Assembly: GCA_951406725.2 (NCBI GenBank)
Contig: OX597824.1
Coordinates: forward strand, 85,126,001 to 85,190,000
Reading direction: 5' to 3'
Source: Octopus vulgaris
Taxonomy: Eukaryota
Length of the DNA stretch: 64,000 nt
A model generated the notes under the pieces. The model saw only the letters and a program-made list of their open reading frames with translations. It did not search any database and was not told the DNA's origin. The position numbers and the translations under genes are program-made. Below are positions 1 through 48,584 of this stretch, one piece after another (position 1 is the first letter of the stretch; the number at the start of each line of letters is the position of its first letter).

Positions 1-228
1 ATTTCGTTTTTCCCCTTGTATTATTATAATTGTAATAATGGTTTCTTTTATTGGTCACAAATATCATTGTTATTGTGATAATATTGTTTTAATAATAATG
101 TTTTTATAATAAATTGTACTACTATTATTATTCATTTTATTCTTATTCTTATTATTACCATTATTCTTGTTATGGCAATTTAATTTGTTTTTAAATGAAA
201 GAGCAATTTTGTCTTTCAGCATAATAAC

Positions 229-269
<41 letters not shown>

Positions 270-613
270 CACATATTTCATATACATAATCTAAATATAA
301 CACGCGCGCACACACGCACACATACAAACACACATACACACACGCACATATATATATATATATATTAATATTTGAAAATGACAAAAGAACATGAATTACA
401 TAATTAAATATATTACCTTACAGCTGTTTCAGGAGAGATGACAGAACAATACTAAGTAATGAGCATTGCTCTATTCACTCCACATTCTCACAGTCAGAAT
501 GATGGTATTCATTTTGAAAAGCTTCTATACACCCCCACCCCTATACTCACATGCATACATACACATATTTTTGGGTGTTTGTCTGTATATAATATATATA
601 TATATATGTGTAC

Positions 614-644
<31 letters not shown>

Positions 645-689
645 ATATATATCTATCTCTCTCTCTATATATATATCTATATCTACCTA

Positions 690-749
<60 letters not shown>

Positions 750-820
750 CATATGAATATCTATATATATATATCTATATCTACCTATCTACCTACCTTC
801 CTACCTACCTACCTACCTAC

Positions 821-879
<59 letters not shown>

Positions 880-915
880 CTATGTCTACCTACCTACCTA
901 CCTACCTGTCTATCC

Positions 916-1005
<90 letters not shown>

Positions 1006-1019
1006 ATATATATATATCT

Positions 1020-1050
<31 letters not shown>

Positions 1051-1459
1051 GTCTTTCTCTATTAAGCATATTCTAGTTCCGTGGAAATGACGTTAATAAA
1101 GCACTACTCATTACTTCGCATTGTCTTCTCATCCGAAATCGCTGTAAGCTAATATATTTAATTATGTAATTTAGATTCTTTTATAGTTTATTATTAGTTC
1201 TTTATTCTCTACTTCTATTGCTGTTTTCATGCGAGACCAGTTGATATCATAAATTGACATCACCTCATTGTGATACGTTGCTATCTCACAGTCGATGCTT
1301 GCGGACACCCGTGATTGTAAGTAGATTTAATTCTAAGGAACGAGTGTTTGTCATGCTGTGGCAAAGCAGAAATATGAGGTTTATAATAAATGATATATCA
1401 ACTGTTGTATTCACAGCTAATATATTATGTATATTCACAGTATATACGTATACTTATGA

Positions 1460-1502
<43 letters not shown>

Positions 1503-1539
1503 CATGTATTAAGTGATATATAACAACGAAAGTGTATGC

Positions 1540-1690
<151 letters not shown>

Positions 1691-1991
1691 TTATAAAGGA
1701 TTGAGGTAACTCCTCCAGAAGATATAGAGTCAAAATTAAAAGAAGAGTGCCATTGTTTTCTAGTGAACGATATTTCGACATCTTGTGTGTCTTCAACATG
1801 TCCAAAAAATAATTTCGTCAATCTACTTCATTTTCGTTATTTTATAAAGGATTAGAGGTAACTCTTCCAGAAGATATAGAGTCAAAATTAGATAACAATA
1901 GCACTCTTCTTTTAATTTTGATTCTATGTCTTCTGGAGGAGTTACCCCAATCCTTTATATATTATTATATATTATTATTATTATTATTTTT

Positions 1992-2071
<80 letters not shown>

Positions 2072-2222
2072 ACACAAGATAAGAATGGCACTCTTTTAAT
2101 TTTGACTCTATATCTTCTGGAAGAGTTACCTCAATCCTTTATATATTAACCAAAATAAAGTATTGACAAAATTATTTTTTGAACCTGTTGAAGACAGACA
2201 AGATGTCGAAATATCGTTCACT
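1691..2222. mobile_element. Tandem + inverted ~150-bp Penelope-like non-autonomous repeat with hammerhead-like motifs
   Basis: Segment ttataaaggattgaggtaactc..gtcaaaatta occurs at ~1691 and ~1842, and as reverse complement at ~1901-1960 and ~2089-2144. HHR-like motifs at 1764..1804 (-) and 2180..2220 (+). Confidence 0.7.
2180..2220 (+). ncRNA. Minimal hammerhead-like motif (core variant CUGUUGA)
   Basis: TGAAC CTGTTGA A GACA-GACAAGA-TGTC GAAA T ATC GTTCA: stem I TGAAC/GTTCA, stem II GACA/TGTC, NUH=AUC; A6U deviation from consensus. Confidence 0.55.
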
Positions 2223-2280
2223 CGATATTATCATTATTATTGTTATTATCATTATTATTATCATTATCATTATCATTATC

Positions 2281-2354
<74 letters not shown>

Positions 2355-3301
2355 CATCATCATCATTATTGTTATTATTATTATTATTATTGCTCAAATT
2401 CTGCCGAGGTCGACTTTACCTTTCATCCTTTCGGAGGTCGATAAAATAAGTAACAGTTGAGCACTGGGGTCGATGTAATCGACTCATCCCGCCCCCGCCC
2501 CCAAGCTGCTCTTGTGGCAAAAAACTGAAATAGTAATAATAAAAATAATTATAATTAAGGCGGTGAGCTGTTAGAATCGTTAGCTTGCATCGATCCCAGT
2601 GCGTGACTGGTACTTAATTTATCGACCCCGAAAGGATGAAAGGCAAAGTCGACCTCGGCGGATTTTGAACTCAGAACGTAACGGCAGACGAAATACCGGT
2701 AAGCATTTCGCCCAGCGCGCTAACGTTTCTGCCAGCTCACCACCTCTTATATAAGCTTGTATATATATATAAGCTTGTATATATATAAGCTTGTATATAT
2801 AGTATACATATATCCACACGCGTACACACAAACCCCACACCACACGATGATCAGTAGTGCTCCCGGTAGGACGATTCTGTCATCATCTCAGATATTGCAT
2901 ATCTACAACTACCTTATCCAAAGTTGCCCGGTTGATCAAAGAAATGCATTATAATTTATAACAGATTTGGCTGGCATTTCTCGAAGACTAAGTGACCACA
3001 TACATGCTTGCACTTGTTACTACGATGCTCTGGCTACATTGTAAAATATAGAAAGCTTCTAATTATCGATTTGAATATAAAGGTTGTTCTGGGTACATTA
3101 TAAAATATGAAACAAACAGAATCGGAGATCAACACGAGAATTTTCTCACGTCACTTATTGAACGATTCAGAATTACTGTTAATGCACAGCTTCCCGCTTC
3201 ATCTTCCCTCAAACGCACCTGCGCACACACACACGGACATAAACACATATACACATACATACGCATACACACACATGCACACACTCATATACGTATATAC
3301 G

Positions 3302-3333
<32 letters not shown>

Positions 3334-3560
3334 GGCATACATATGGTGAAAGATAGAGATATGTATCTGTATATATATGTGTATGTGTATATGTACACAC
3401 ACATACATATATATACACGCACATGCAGACATCTATACGTACAAGTATAAAATTGTCATTATATTACATAGCTATATAGAATATACATTTACGCGCACAC
3501 ACACACATATATACATACAATATATATATATATATATATATATACACGGACGTATGTATG

Positions 3561-3612
<52 letters not shown>

Positions 3613-5559
3613 TATATATATATATATGCATATATTAAGGAAAAGCTCTCGGTATAATGCATAAATGCTGCAGAGAAAAAAGACAATTTACGCGCACGTG
3701 TTTCGATTTGGTTTCATTAACATTGCATTGTCCTTTACTATTAAAATGAATAAATTAAACTCCATCAATGAATGCAGAGATGGTGGTGGTGGTGGTGGTG
3801 GGGGCGTGATACATCTGATTAAGATCAACTAATTGCCCCCAATCAAATCCTTTGACCTTGTGAATATGTTACTATATTCGAAAATTTTGATTAGTAAAAT
3901 AGAGAGCTTCGGGTGGCGCAATCAGTAGAGTGCCGGACAAAATACCCGTTAATATGATTTAGGTTATAAATTTACTGCTTGTCAGAAATTATCTTAGTTT
4001 TTTTTTGTCCTTTCTGGGGTGGTTAAAATAAACAATAATATACTGGAATTAATTAAATTGATTCTACTTCCCCCACCCAAATCTACTGATACCCTTATTA
4101 ATTAAAGTTTTGAGATTTAAGGCCCAAGAAACCGAAAGGCATCTGGCGCTCTCGCTAACCACTGCTGGGATGAATTTTCGTCTCTTTCTGATATTTATCC
4201 TTTTTTTTAACACAACCTGTCCATAATAGTTGTTATCTCACGACAAATACTGCAGTAACTGATCTCCTGACAGTGTATTTACATTAAGTATGATACATAG
4301 TTAGCTAACAAATCTCAGATCTTAAGGTTTAGATTAGAGGCGACGAACCATTTTAGTACTAAGGATAAACTGCAAGTGAGTTAGGACATGTGCAGGCATA
4401 TCTGTGCTGAGGCAAATATAATAAAATAATGAATCTTTAACCTTATAAGTTCTGTAGTATGCAACTTATAGATTGTTTTGGTCTTAAGACTTAAACTGCT
4501 CCAGTTTTTGATATGGGATTTTAGAAACTTCACAGATGGGCGGTTTCGATTATGAATGCGGGCGAAAAATTCTGGCTTTGACAAAGGCTTCCTCCAGAAT
4601 GCAATGTGATGATAATTTTCTGTAACTCCACTGTATAGGTCTCAGTATCAACATGTCATTCTCTTGGGCGGAGATTTTGTTGTCTTTAGCAGTTTTTTTT
4701 TTATTTATGAAAGTTGATATAACATTCTCTCGTATTTTTCTAAGGTCTCTCGTCAATTCTCTTGCTAAATTCTGCTTCTTCAAGGTCGATTTTGTCCTTG
4801 ATACCTCCAGGGTCAATAAAATATATACCATTACTAGTACCAGTCAAATACTAGTGTTGGTTAAAGTAACTACACACCGTCTCCTAATATTGGCCATAAG
4901 CCAATTTATTAAAAAAATTTTACGATAAGCAATCATTTTTTTGCAGTGACTAAAACCAAACACGATGATGAATCAACTTACAAGTAAATGTAACTATCGT
5001 TTCAGTAAAGAAAGAAAAACTAAAATATATATATATATATAGATACAGTAGTATAATTCACTCAGAGATTGAACCAGATATAGCATGATTCATAGGATGA
5101 ATTTTTCATAAAATAAAAAAAAACAAAAACAAAAAAAGAAACTCTAAATAACTCCCAGTCATATGATATGGAAGGAGAGAGAATATAGTAAAAGTGTGCT
5201 GGCGTTCGTTAAAAACTTCATCTGCGTCGATCGAAGGTGCATTTTTCATGAGGAAAAGCGTTGGCTGAGCGTCCATTTTGAATCATTAGCGAAGTGACGT
5301 CAAAGATGGCAGCAGTGAGCAGAGGATTTATGGTTTCGTTCATTTCCGATGCTTCACCTGAGCAAGGAACGGTTCTACCGTTTCTCAAATTACAAATATG
5401 GTTTTCATTTTCACTTAAAATTCATTTGAATGGAGATAATGATGAGCTCAGTAATATCGCTAAAGTAGTTGTGCGGACCGGTTTCCGATCCGCTCCGGAC
5501 TGTACACTGAAACGCATTACTGTAACAAAATACCAGTTCGCCCTGGCGTCTATACTTAC

Positions 5560-40135
<34,576 letters not shown>

Positions 40136-40353
40136 CTGGAAGATCAAACAGAAAAAAACGAATGAAGACTGTAGTGTATGTACCTTCGTATGTATGCACG
40201 TACGTACATACGTATGTATGTATGTGTGTATGTATGTGTGTATGTATGTATGTATGTATTATGTATGTATGTATGTATGTATGTATGTATGTATGTATGT
40301 TTGTATATATGCACATATATTTGCATTTATATATAAGTGCACATGTAATGCAA

Positions 40354-40480
<127 letters not shown>

Positions 40481-41031
40481 ACCTCTATCTTCCGCGCATG
40501 CGTGTATATATACGAGTGAGAGGACAAACGAAAGACGGGCACTCAACAAATTTATCGGGAGTTCATGTATGGATCAAAACAGTTTGATTGAAATTCGTTG
40601 GTACTCTTGAGTTTGATGCTAGTTGTCAGCCATTTTGAATGATAGAAATTAATTGTTATTAGCGTAAGGTGGGCTGCGATTAGTCGAGGAAGGTCACACG
40701 GTGTCGTGGTTTGACTTCAAGAGAAGATATGCCCAGCATATGCACTCGTTCAGATCCAGGGACAAAGAGAACTCTACTTCCCTGTTCCATTTTCTCTGGA
40801 GACTCCGTGATCTCAGAGATGAAATACCCAGCATCAAGTGGGCTATTACCGACAGAGCACCACCATATTCATCCGGCGCCCCCAACTGCTAGCTCTGTCT
40901 CCGCGAAAAACTGCATATTCTCCAGCAACCCGCAATATCCATCAGCAAGAAATACGAATTATCGTATTGCTGTCATCAGAGGTATGCTCTTCTGGCAAAT
41001 TTCAGGCCTCTGATTACTGACAACCCGGATA

Positions 41032-41485
41032 TACCTATTTGTTTACTACCCACAAGGGGCTAAACACAGAGGGGACAAACAAGGACAGACAAAGGGATTA
41101 AGTCGATTACATCGACCCCAGTGCTTAACTGGAACTTAATTTATCGACCCCGAAAGGATGAAAGGCAAAGTCGACCTCGGCGGAATTTGAACTCAGAACG
41201 TAACGGCAGACGAAATACGGCTATGCATTTCGCCCGGTGTGCTAACGTTTCTGCCAGCTCGCCACCTTATCCAACCCGTATATCCAACTCGGATATACCT
41301 ATTTCTTTATTACCCACAAGGGGCTAAACATAGAGGCGACAAACAAGGACAGACATAGGTATTAAGTCGATTACATCGACTCCAGTGCGTAACTGGTACT
41401 TAATTTATCGACCCCGAAAGGATGAAAGGTAAAGTCGACCTCGGCGGAATTTGAACTCACGACCTAACGGCAGACGAAATACCAT
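41032..41485 (-). mobile_element. Two family A SINE units inserted into the PLE
   Basis: Reverse complements of the 13843 family; flanking caacc(c/t)ggatata duplication. Confidence 0.8.
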
Positions 41486-42150
41486 CTTAGCTCCAGCTAC
41501 AGCTCTGCACCACCCGCACTTAGTCACCTTTACCAACCAACCCCATGAGCAGGATTACCATTTACCAATCCCCAACGTTTACTAACCCCCAACGAATACC
41601 ATTCCCCAAAGCTTATCAATTCCCAACGCTTCTTTTGCGCATTCATGCTCATGCACGCGCTAATGTACATGTGCACGCGTACATTTGTATTCATGCGTGC
41701 ATGTATGCGAATATACATATGTATAGATGAATGAATACGCATGCGTGTGTATGCGTGTATGAATGTGCATATGTACGTATGCGCAAGTATGTGTGTCCGT
41801 GCATGCGTGCTCGTCCAAGCATGTGTGTGTGCGTGCAGAAAACCGCGTGCGCGCCAATGTGTACATGCGTACGCTCGTATCAATACACACATGCACGCAA
41901 AACCATATGAGCGCATCTACGCACTCACATATTGCATATACTCCCTCCCAACAACCTGACCGATTTCCTAATCGCCACGTGGTCTATTTCCTGTCCTCCA
42001 CGCGGTCAGTTTCCTGTTCGCCATGCGGTATTTTCCGACTAACTGTTACCCATATACCAACATCAAACCACGACACCGTGTGACCTTCTTCGACCGATCG
42101 CAGCCCACCTTACGGTAATAACAATCAACTTCGGCCATTCAAATTCAGAA

Positions 42151-42192
42151 TGGCTGACGACTAGCACCACGCGTGAAACTGAAGAGTACCCA
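42151..42192 (+). ncRNA. Hammerhead-like motif in the PLE terminal repeat
   Basis: TGG CTGACGA CTAGC-ACCAC-GCGT GAAA CT-GAAG-AG TA CC; degenerate mirror copy at 40599..40633 (-). Confidence 0.55.
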
Positions 42193-42655
42193 CGAATTTG
42201 AATCAAACTGCTTTGATCCATGTGTGTGTGTGTGTATGTAAGACTTTATAACTTCAGGAAGATGGAACGAACACGCCTCAATCCAAATGAACAACAACTG
42301 CTTCATTACATAGCACTAGCTGCAGCGAATTTCACATATTATACTTATTATTATATAAATATGATCGAGCAATAGCTGGGTATATGCACATCATCAGGAG
42401 AGTGGCTATGAGAGCACTGCTGGATCATCTATAGTTTGCTATTGTTTTATGCTAATGCACAGAAACAGCTGCTGTGATTTGGATTAAGGCCTGTCCAGTC
42501 CATCTTCTAAACTAACAGATTTGCACATGTATATCTAGTAAAAGGAGTATTCCTGCAGTATGATAGCATGTAGCATATGGTAGCCGATAATACAAGAGGA
42601 GCTTTGAAATGTACGATATAGAGTTATTACTTTGACGATATACATACATACATAC

Positions 42656-42686
<31 letters not shown>

Positions 42687-42853
42687 CATATATACATGTA
42701 TATATATTATATATATATATATTTATATATACATATATAAATATGTACGTATGTATCTATTTGTATATCTATCTATCTATATATAAATATAAGTATATAT
42801 ATATACATATATATACATATATAATTTTTTCCGAATGAGATATATATATTTTA

Positions 42854-42928
<75 letters not shown>

Positions 42929-42936
42929 TACAAAAA

Positions 42937-42967
<31 letters not shown>

Positions 42968-43132
42968 CATATATTAGCGGAGCAAAAGTGTAAAGCAGTG
43001 TTTAGCTATGAGCGGAATTTAGGTTAGTTGAAACATGTTTGTTGCATATTTCAGCTGCTAAAGGCAAATACACAGCAGTTACCGGGGAGAAAAAATCTCT
43101 CTAATGGTAAAATCTCAGAAATCGATGATTCG

Positions 43133-43217
<85 letters not shown>

Positions 43218-43736
43218 ATAGATAAATAGATAGATAGATACACATATACAAACATAAGGAAACATGTTGGTTGGTTGGAATATTTCTTCGTGCCAACAGA
43301 TTGGCGTGATTTACAATTTATCACACTCATTAATCGGTGACAATGGGTGTTTCTCGTCAATTAAACGAAATCTGATTTTTACGTTTAGGGGGCAAATAAT
43401 CTCGTTTCCTAACACAGAACTATTAACAGACACTTTACGTTTGAAATGCACGTGAGCATGCACACTTGTCAGTTTCGAACGAAAGCAGAGGTAATGCACG
43501 AACGCACGCAGGCACGCGAGCGCACACAAACACAAACACACAATCACAAGACATTGGTTGCCCAGAATAAAATTATGAAAGACTGTTTCTAAATAATCTC
43601 ACAACCTTTAAGACTTGATAGTTGTTCAACAACACAAGCGTAAAAGTACAGTTCTATATTTAAGAGATGAGGAATTTCGTACATTATTTACATTATTTAC
43701 ATTTGACGGATATTTGTCCTCATCTTGTTTGTTGTT

Positions 43737-43782
43737 AACACAACATTTCGGCTGATATACCCTCCAGCCTTCTTCAGGTGTC
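43737..43782 (-). ncRNA. Minimal hammerhead ribozyme (CUGAAGA core)
   Basis: GACAC CTGAAGA A GGCTG-GAGGGTATAT-CAGCC GAAA T GTT GTGTT. Confidence 0.7.
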
Positions 43783-43829
43783 TTGGGAAAATTTCGAACC
43801 TGGGATCTCATTCCTAAGGTATTTTTCGA

Positions 43830-43909
<80 letters not shown>

Positions 43910-44050
43910 TCACTGCTTTTAATTGAACTCGGAATATAGGTGTTAGCCCGCGATCTTAACCACTATGCCATAGGCCCACGGGCATATAGCATAGTCGTTC
44001 AGATCGTGTGCTACTAACCCCATGATTCCGAGTTCAATTAAAAGCAGTGA

Positions 44051-44109
<59 letters not shown>

Positions 44110-44168
44110 TTAATAATAATATCGAAAAATACCTTAGGAATGAGATCCCAGGTTCGAAATTTCCCAAA

Positions 44169-44214
44169 GACACTTGATGAAGGCCGGAAGGTATATCAGT
44201 CGAAACGTTGTGTT
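44169..44214 (+). ncRNA. Minimal hammerhead ribozyme (degenerate mirror copy)
   Basis: GACAC TTGATGA A GGCCG-GAAGGTATAT-CAGTC GAAA C GTT GTGTT. Confidence 0.55.
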
Positions 44215-44311
44215 AACAACAAACAAGATGAGGACAAATATCCGTCAAGTGTAAAAGCAGTGTCCCATTTTCACATATTCAAATATATGTATGCATCTAT
44301 ATGCATATATA

Positions 44312-44368
<57 letters not shown>

Positions 44369-44474
44369 CACAACATACGTATAGAATAGTTTGCAAAGAT
44401 ACACACACATACATATTTGCATACATAATGCATGTGTATGAGTATGTGTATGCATTTGTATTACTGATTTGTTC

Positions 44475-44508
<34 letters not shown>

Positions 44509-44957
44509 AGAAGAATAATTGTTGGTGTGTATGTGTGCGTGTGCGAGTGTGAGTGCACGTGCCTACGTGCGTGAACTTGTGTACATGCACACGTGTACGT
44601 TTAAAATATAAGCGTGTGCATATGTGCATTAGTGCTTTGTGACAACAGAACAGGCCTATTTCAGCCAGTGGACATAATGTCCATTATAAGTCTATTTAAA
44701 CATAATCGATGCGATAGGCGAGTAACGGGAGATCGATAACTAAAGTACATTAATTAGATACGGTTTACATTGCTCGTTTTACGTTATGTACATTTTCTTT
44801 TTACATCCGGACAACTGCAACTGTTTGAGAGACAGACGAACATTGTCTATTGACTGTCGTCGGTTATGGCCAAGAGGATAGGGTAACAATTCCCGATATG
44901 TTTGACTTCGTGGAGCACGGGAAATCAGTCAGTTCCACTGACTGAATGCGTGCGCGC

Positions 44958-45006
<49 letters not shown>

Positions 45007-45202
45007 CGTACATATGTATATACATATATATATACATAAACACATATATATACATACATGCATACATATATACATACATATATACATACATACATGCACA
45101 CATACATACACACACACACACACACATATATATGTAAGTATATATATAAATATATACACATACATACATATATATATACATATACATATATATACATATA
45201 TG

Positions 45203-45234
<32 letters not shown>

Positions 45235-45244
45235 TACATACATG

Positions 45245-45323
<79 letters not shown>

Positions 45324-45488
45324 CAGCCCCTTCACTCTTATTCCGTCCTTGTTTTCTTTGTATTGTCTGTCTGGATGTTTTGCCTTTCTTGTCCCATTTT
45401 TGTATAGATATATAAATAAAAAAATTTGTTTCGTAATGCGATAAAAAAACCAAGGCTGTGTAGATTTTAAAACATTTACAAATAGAAG

Positions 45489-45536
45489 GTCTTACAGCTG
45501 TTTCTAGGATATTTATTATATCCCTTCATCGGAGAC
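45489..45536 (-). ncRNA. Minimal hammerhead ribozyme (CCGAUGA core)
   Basis: GTCT CCGATGA AG GGATAT-AATAA-ATATCC TA GAAA C-AGCT-G TA AGAC: stem I GTCT/AGAC, palindromic stem III ACAGCTGT, GUA triplet. Confidence 0.6.
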
Positions 45537-45753
45537 GGTGTGAGAAGATGGTTAAGCAATAGTTGATTTAGATAAGATACGAAATAGAGAGTGAGGTGGA
45601 GAAATGAAAATAGATGTGATATATGCAGGGATATTGTATTTGAAGATCCATTATTTGGACAGAATAGTATACATATAAGATTCCAATACCTTACGAGTAA
45701 AATCCAATAGTATTTAAAATTGGACATTTCAAGTATAGAGTTTATACACAGTG

Positions 45754-45796
<43 letters not shown>

Positions 45797-46209
45797 TGTA
45801 TATAATGTGCTGATGAAATAACTGAACTGAAACAGGAAGAAAAAATGACACCAAAAGTCTTTTGCAAACAGTCCACAAGAAAATGTGTACATAGGATTTG
45901 TTGTCTACAACAGAAGAAAATTCCCCACTATGGAAAATGAGTGGTTTCAGTAATGAGCAAGTGAAATACACGACCAATCTCAGAGAAAAGGTATTAAAGG
46001 CCTTTAATGAAGTAAACCTGCTTTATATGGAACCCTCCCCCAAATAAGAGCTATCTCATCGTTCAATATTAATGGTTTGTTTTCATTGACAAAGAAATGA
46101 TTGATATAAAGTGATGGATAGAGCATTCTGACTCTGTTTTAAATTCCCCACCCCCTCATATAAGTGTAGGTGCAATAAACCGGAAACTTCAGGTGCCCAC
46201 TATCAGCTA

Positions 46210-46470
46210 AGTGGCCCACCTACAGTTGGGGAAATTCAAATGACTATCAAGCGACTAGCCAACGGTAAAGACCCGGGATTGATGCAACCCCTGCTGAGAT
46301 CTATAAACATTTTGGACGCAAAATACATGAAAAAATACTCGACCTGTTTACTACAATGTGAGAGCAAGGGTTCATTCAAAGATGTCTGCATTGTGCACCT
46401 TTATAAAAGAAAAAAGGAAAATTCCAACAGTGTGACATCCATAGGGGTTTGTCATTCATGCCATTCGCTT
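46210..46470 (+). mobile_element. RTE-clade LINE reverse-transcriptase remnant
   Basis: PPTVGEIQMTIKRLANGKDPG/IDATPAEIYKH..FKDVCIVHLYKRK..CDIHRGLS matches RTE GKAPG.DGIPAE..KDA.IV.LYK.KG..C.NHRGIS. Confidence 0.75.
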
Positions 46471-47590
46471 GCGCCATGGATCGCATATCGTCCCTAACAA
46501 CCCACGTCCAGATTTCCACCCACCACATCCCGTTTCCTCTTATCTACGGCCCTACTGCTTCCTTCTATTACATATCATCATCTGTTTCTTTCGCTGCCTC
46601 TAATCTGACCCTGCTACCTCCGGCTTCTTCCCTCTTCGATCCACCCTTTCCTTTAAGCGTACCCGCAACCTCCGCAGCCTTCCTGGCCATAGTTTCTCCA
46701 TATCCACACCTCGTTTCTCTCCCAGATCCCTTCTCTGCTCACGTCCCGTTGTTGTGCCAGTCCTTTCCTGTCCAACACCACCTTTTCTGGATGCATCCAT
46801 TGCATTTTCCACACAAGGTACCTCTTCCTAGTATTCATACGCCCCCAAAAACCTAACAAATGCTCTCATGTATTTAATCCATCCTCAGACACCCATACAC
46901 TCACACACATGCATATTCCTATTATTCGCGATTTTACTCCTGTTTATCTGATTCAGTTCTTTGTATCATTAACAACGAGAGTGAATATATTCGCATTGCA
47001 GCGGAAAACAGCAAAAGATAATTCATAAGCTGCGAAGCGTTCTCCGTAATTTTCTTGCTGTCACCCTTTAGCATTTGTATTTATGTAAATACGACAGGAC
47101 ATCTGACAGTCACTTCTTCTTATAATTCCGAATTTTCTAAACGAACGACTATCGAGCCAGCAAGAGAGCCTCTACATAGTCTCTCTACCGACTAAAAGAA
47201 AGAAAAAAAAAACAATAAAAAACAGCAACCAACCAAACATAAAACTGCACCTCACTCTTCTCCGAAATAAACCTAGCATTTTGAAGAAAGAAGAATATAT
47301 TAGAGATTGGATAATATAATCCTAGATATGCTATACCCAAGAGACGGATCGATTGGTAATGATTAGAACGTCCTCGAGATTTATCTAGCTAAGACTAACC
47401 TGCGACTGTGTGGCAGGCAAGAATGTTGAACTCTTCAACGAAATGCTTGTATTCCCTTTTCAATAACGAGGTGGGAAAGATACCAAAAATAAATCTCTTC
47501 TGCTATTAATTGGTTATTCTAAGAAAGCTCAAGGAAACAATATTTAATAGAATGTGGAATGGATGCTTCTTAGAGTGGACACACACACAC

Positions 47591-47626
<36 letters not shown>

Positions 47627-47837
47627 TTTCTCTCTCTCTCCCTCACACACGCATACACATTTATGTGTGCGAACTTTTGATAAATATTCCATATTTCTTT
47701 ATGAGGTCCACTCTTCCCGCTGATTTCACATTCATGCAAGGTATGTGTGCAAATGAAATATATATATGCATATAAATACCAATCCATCCATCCATCCATC
47801 CATCCATCCATCCCTCCATCCATCCATCCATCCATCC

Positions 47838-47927
<90 letters not shown>

Positions 47928-47957
47928 TTATCCATCTCTCCATCTCTCCATCCATTC

Positions 47958-48029
<72 letters not shown>

Positions 48030-48054
48030 CTATCTATCTATCTATCTATCTGCC

Positions 48055-48102
<48 letters not shown>

Positions 48103-48261
48103 CATATATATAAACAAATAAATGGATTATACTGTATCACTAAAACCGTTTCATTAAGATATTTTGTAGGATTATAACAATACAGGAAGCACAGTAAGAA
48201 ATGCAAACCTTATAAGATAGAACAATACATAAGAGAACCAAGCAAATACTCGGTGCACCGA

Positions 48262-48313
<52 letters not shown>

Positions 48314-48324
48314 ATATAATATAC

Positions 48325-48542
48325 TTTTACTTGTTTCAGTCATTTGACTGGAGCCATGCTGGAGCACCAGCGCTTTTAGTCGAAGAAATCGATCCCTGGA
48401 CTTAATTTTTGTAAGCCCAGATAAATTATTCTATCGGTCTTTTCTGCCGAACCGCTATGTCACGGGAACGTAAACACACCAACATCGGTTGTCAAGCGAT
48501 GGACGTGGGGGGCAAACACAGACACAAAGGCATACACATAGG

Positions 48543-48584
<42 letters not shown>

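Larger units (their letters stand above)
40571..42220 (+). mobile_element. 5'-truncated Penelope-like element (GIY-YIG C-terminus) with inverted terminal repeat and nested SINEs
   Basis: 40716..41030 translates FKRRYAQHMHSFRSRDKENSTSLFHFLWRLRD..SIKWAITDRAPPYSSGAPNC*LCLREKLHIL..SKKYELSYCCHQRYALLANF, the PLE endonuclease pattern FK.RY..H..SF..T.LS..IW..W.I..A.PY..C.LC..EK..NK..E..CRH. Segment 40571..40715 is an inverted copy of 42063..42220. Confidence 0.8.
43648..44255. mobile_element. Palindromic element: two back-to-back tRNA-head + (AAT)n + hammerhead units
   Basis: 43696..44255 is an inverted repeat centred on gccc-ac-gggc (43974..43983); A box TGGCATAGTGG on the minus arm (degenerate on the plus arm) and B-box-like GAGTTCAATT in each arm; HHRs at 43737 (-) and 44169 (+). 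Confidence 0.85.

Noticed and set aside
459-1090. Long ORFs of IY/LS/YLSI repeats (also around 10121, 18213, 44864, 52729 and 63232)
   Set aside because: Translations of (TA)n, (CT)n, (TCTA)n and (CA)n microsatellites; no coding signal.
4381-4928. Non-repetitive ORFs as the next sGC exon
   Set aside because: No GKG-M-TYW motif in any frame I read; likely chance ORFs or old TE sequence.
40890-40892. In-frame stop in the PLE endonuclease as a possible selenocysteine codon (reported for some Naiad PLEs)
   Set aside because: The codon is TAG, not TGA, and lies between the cysteines rather than at one; ordinary decay.
45729-45977. Minus ORF with LLKPLIF as a candidate upstream sGC exon (cf. LVRPLI)
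   Set aside because: Surrounding residues do not match the PAS region and no suitable phase-0 splice sites were found.
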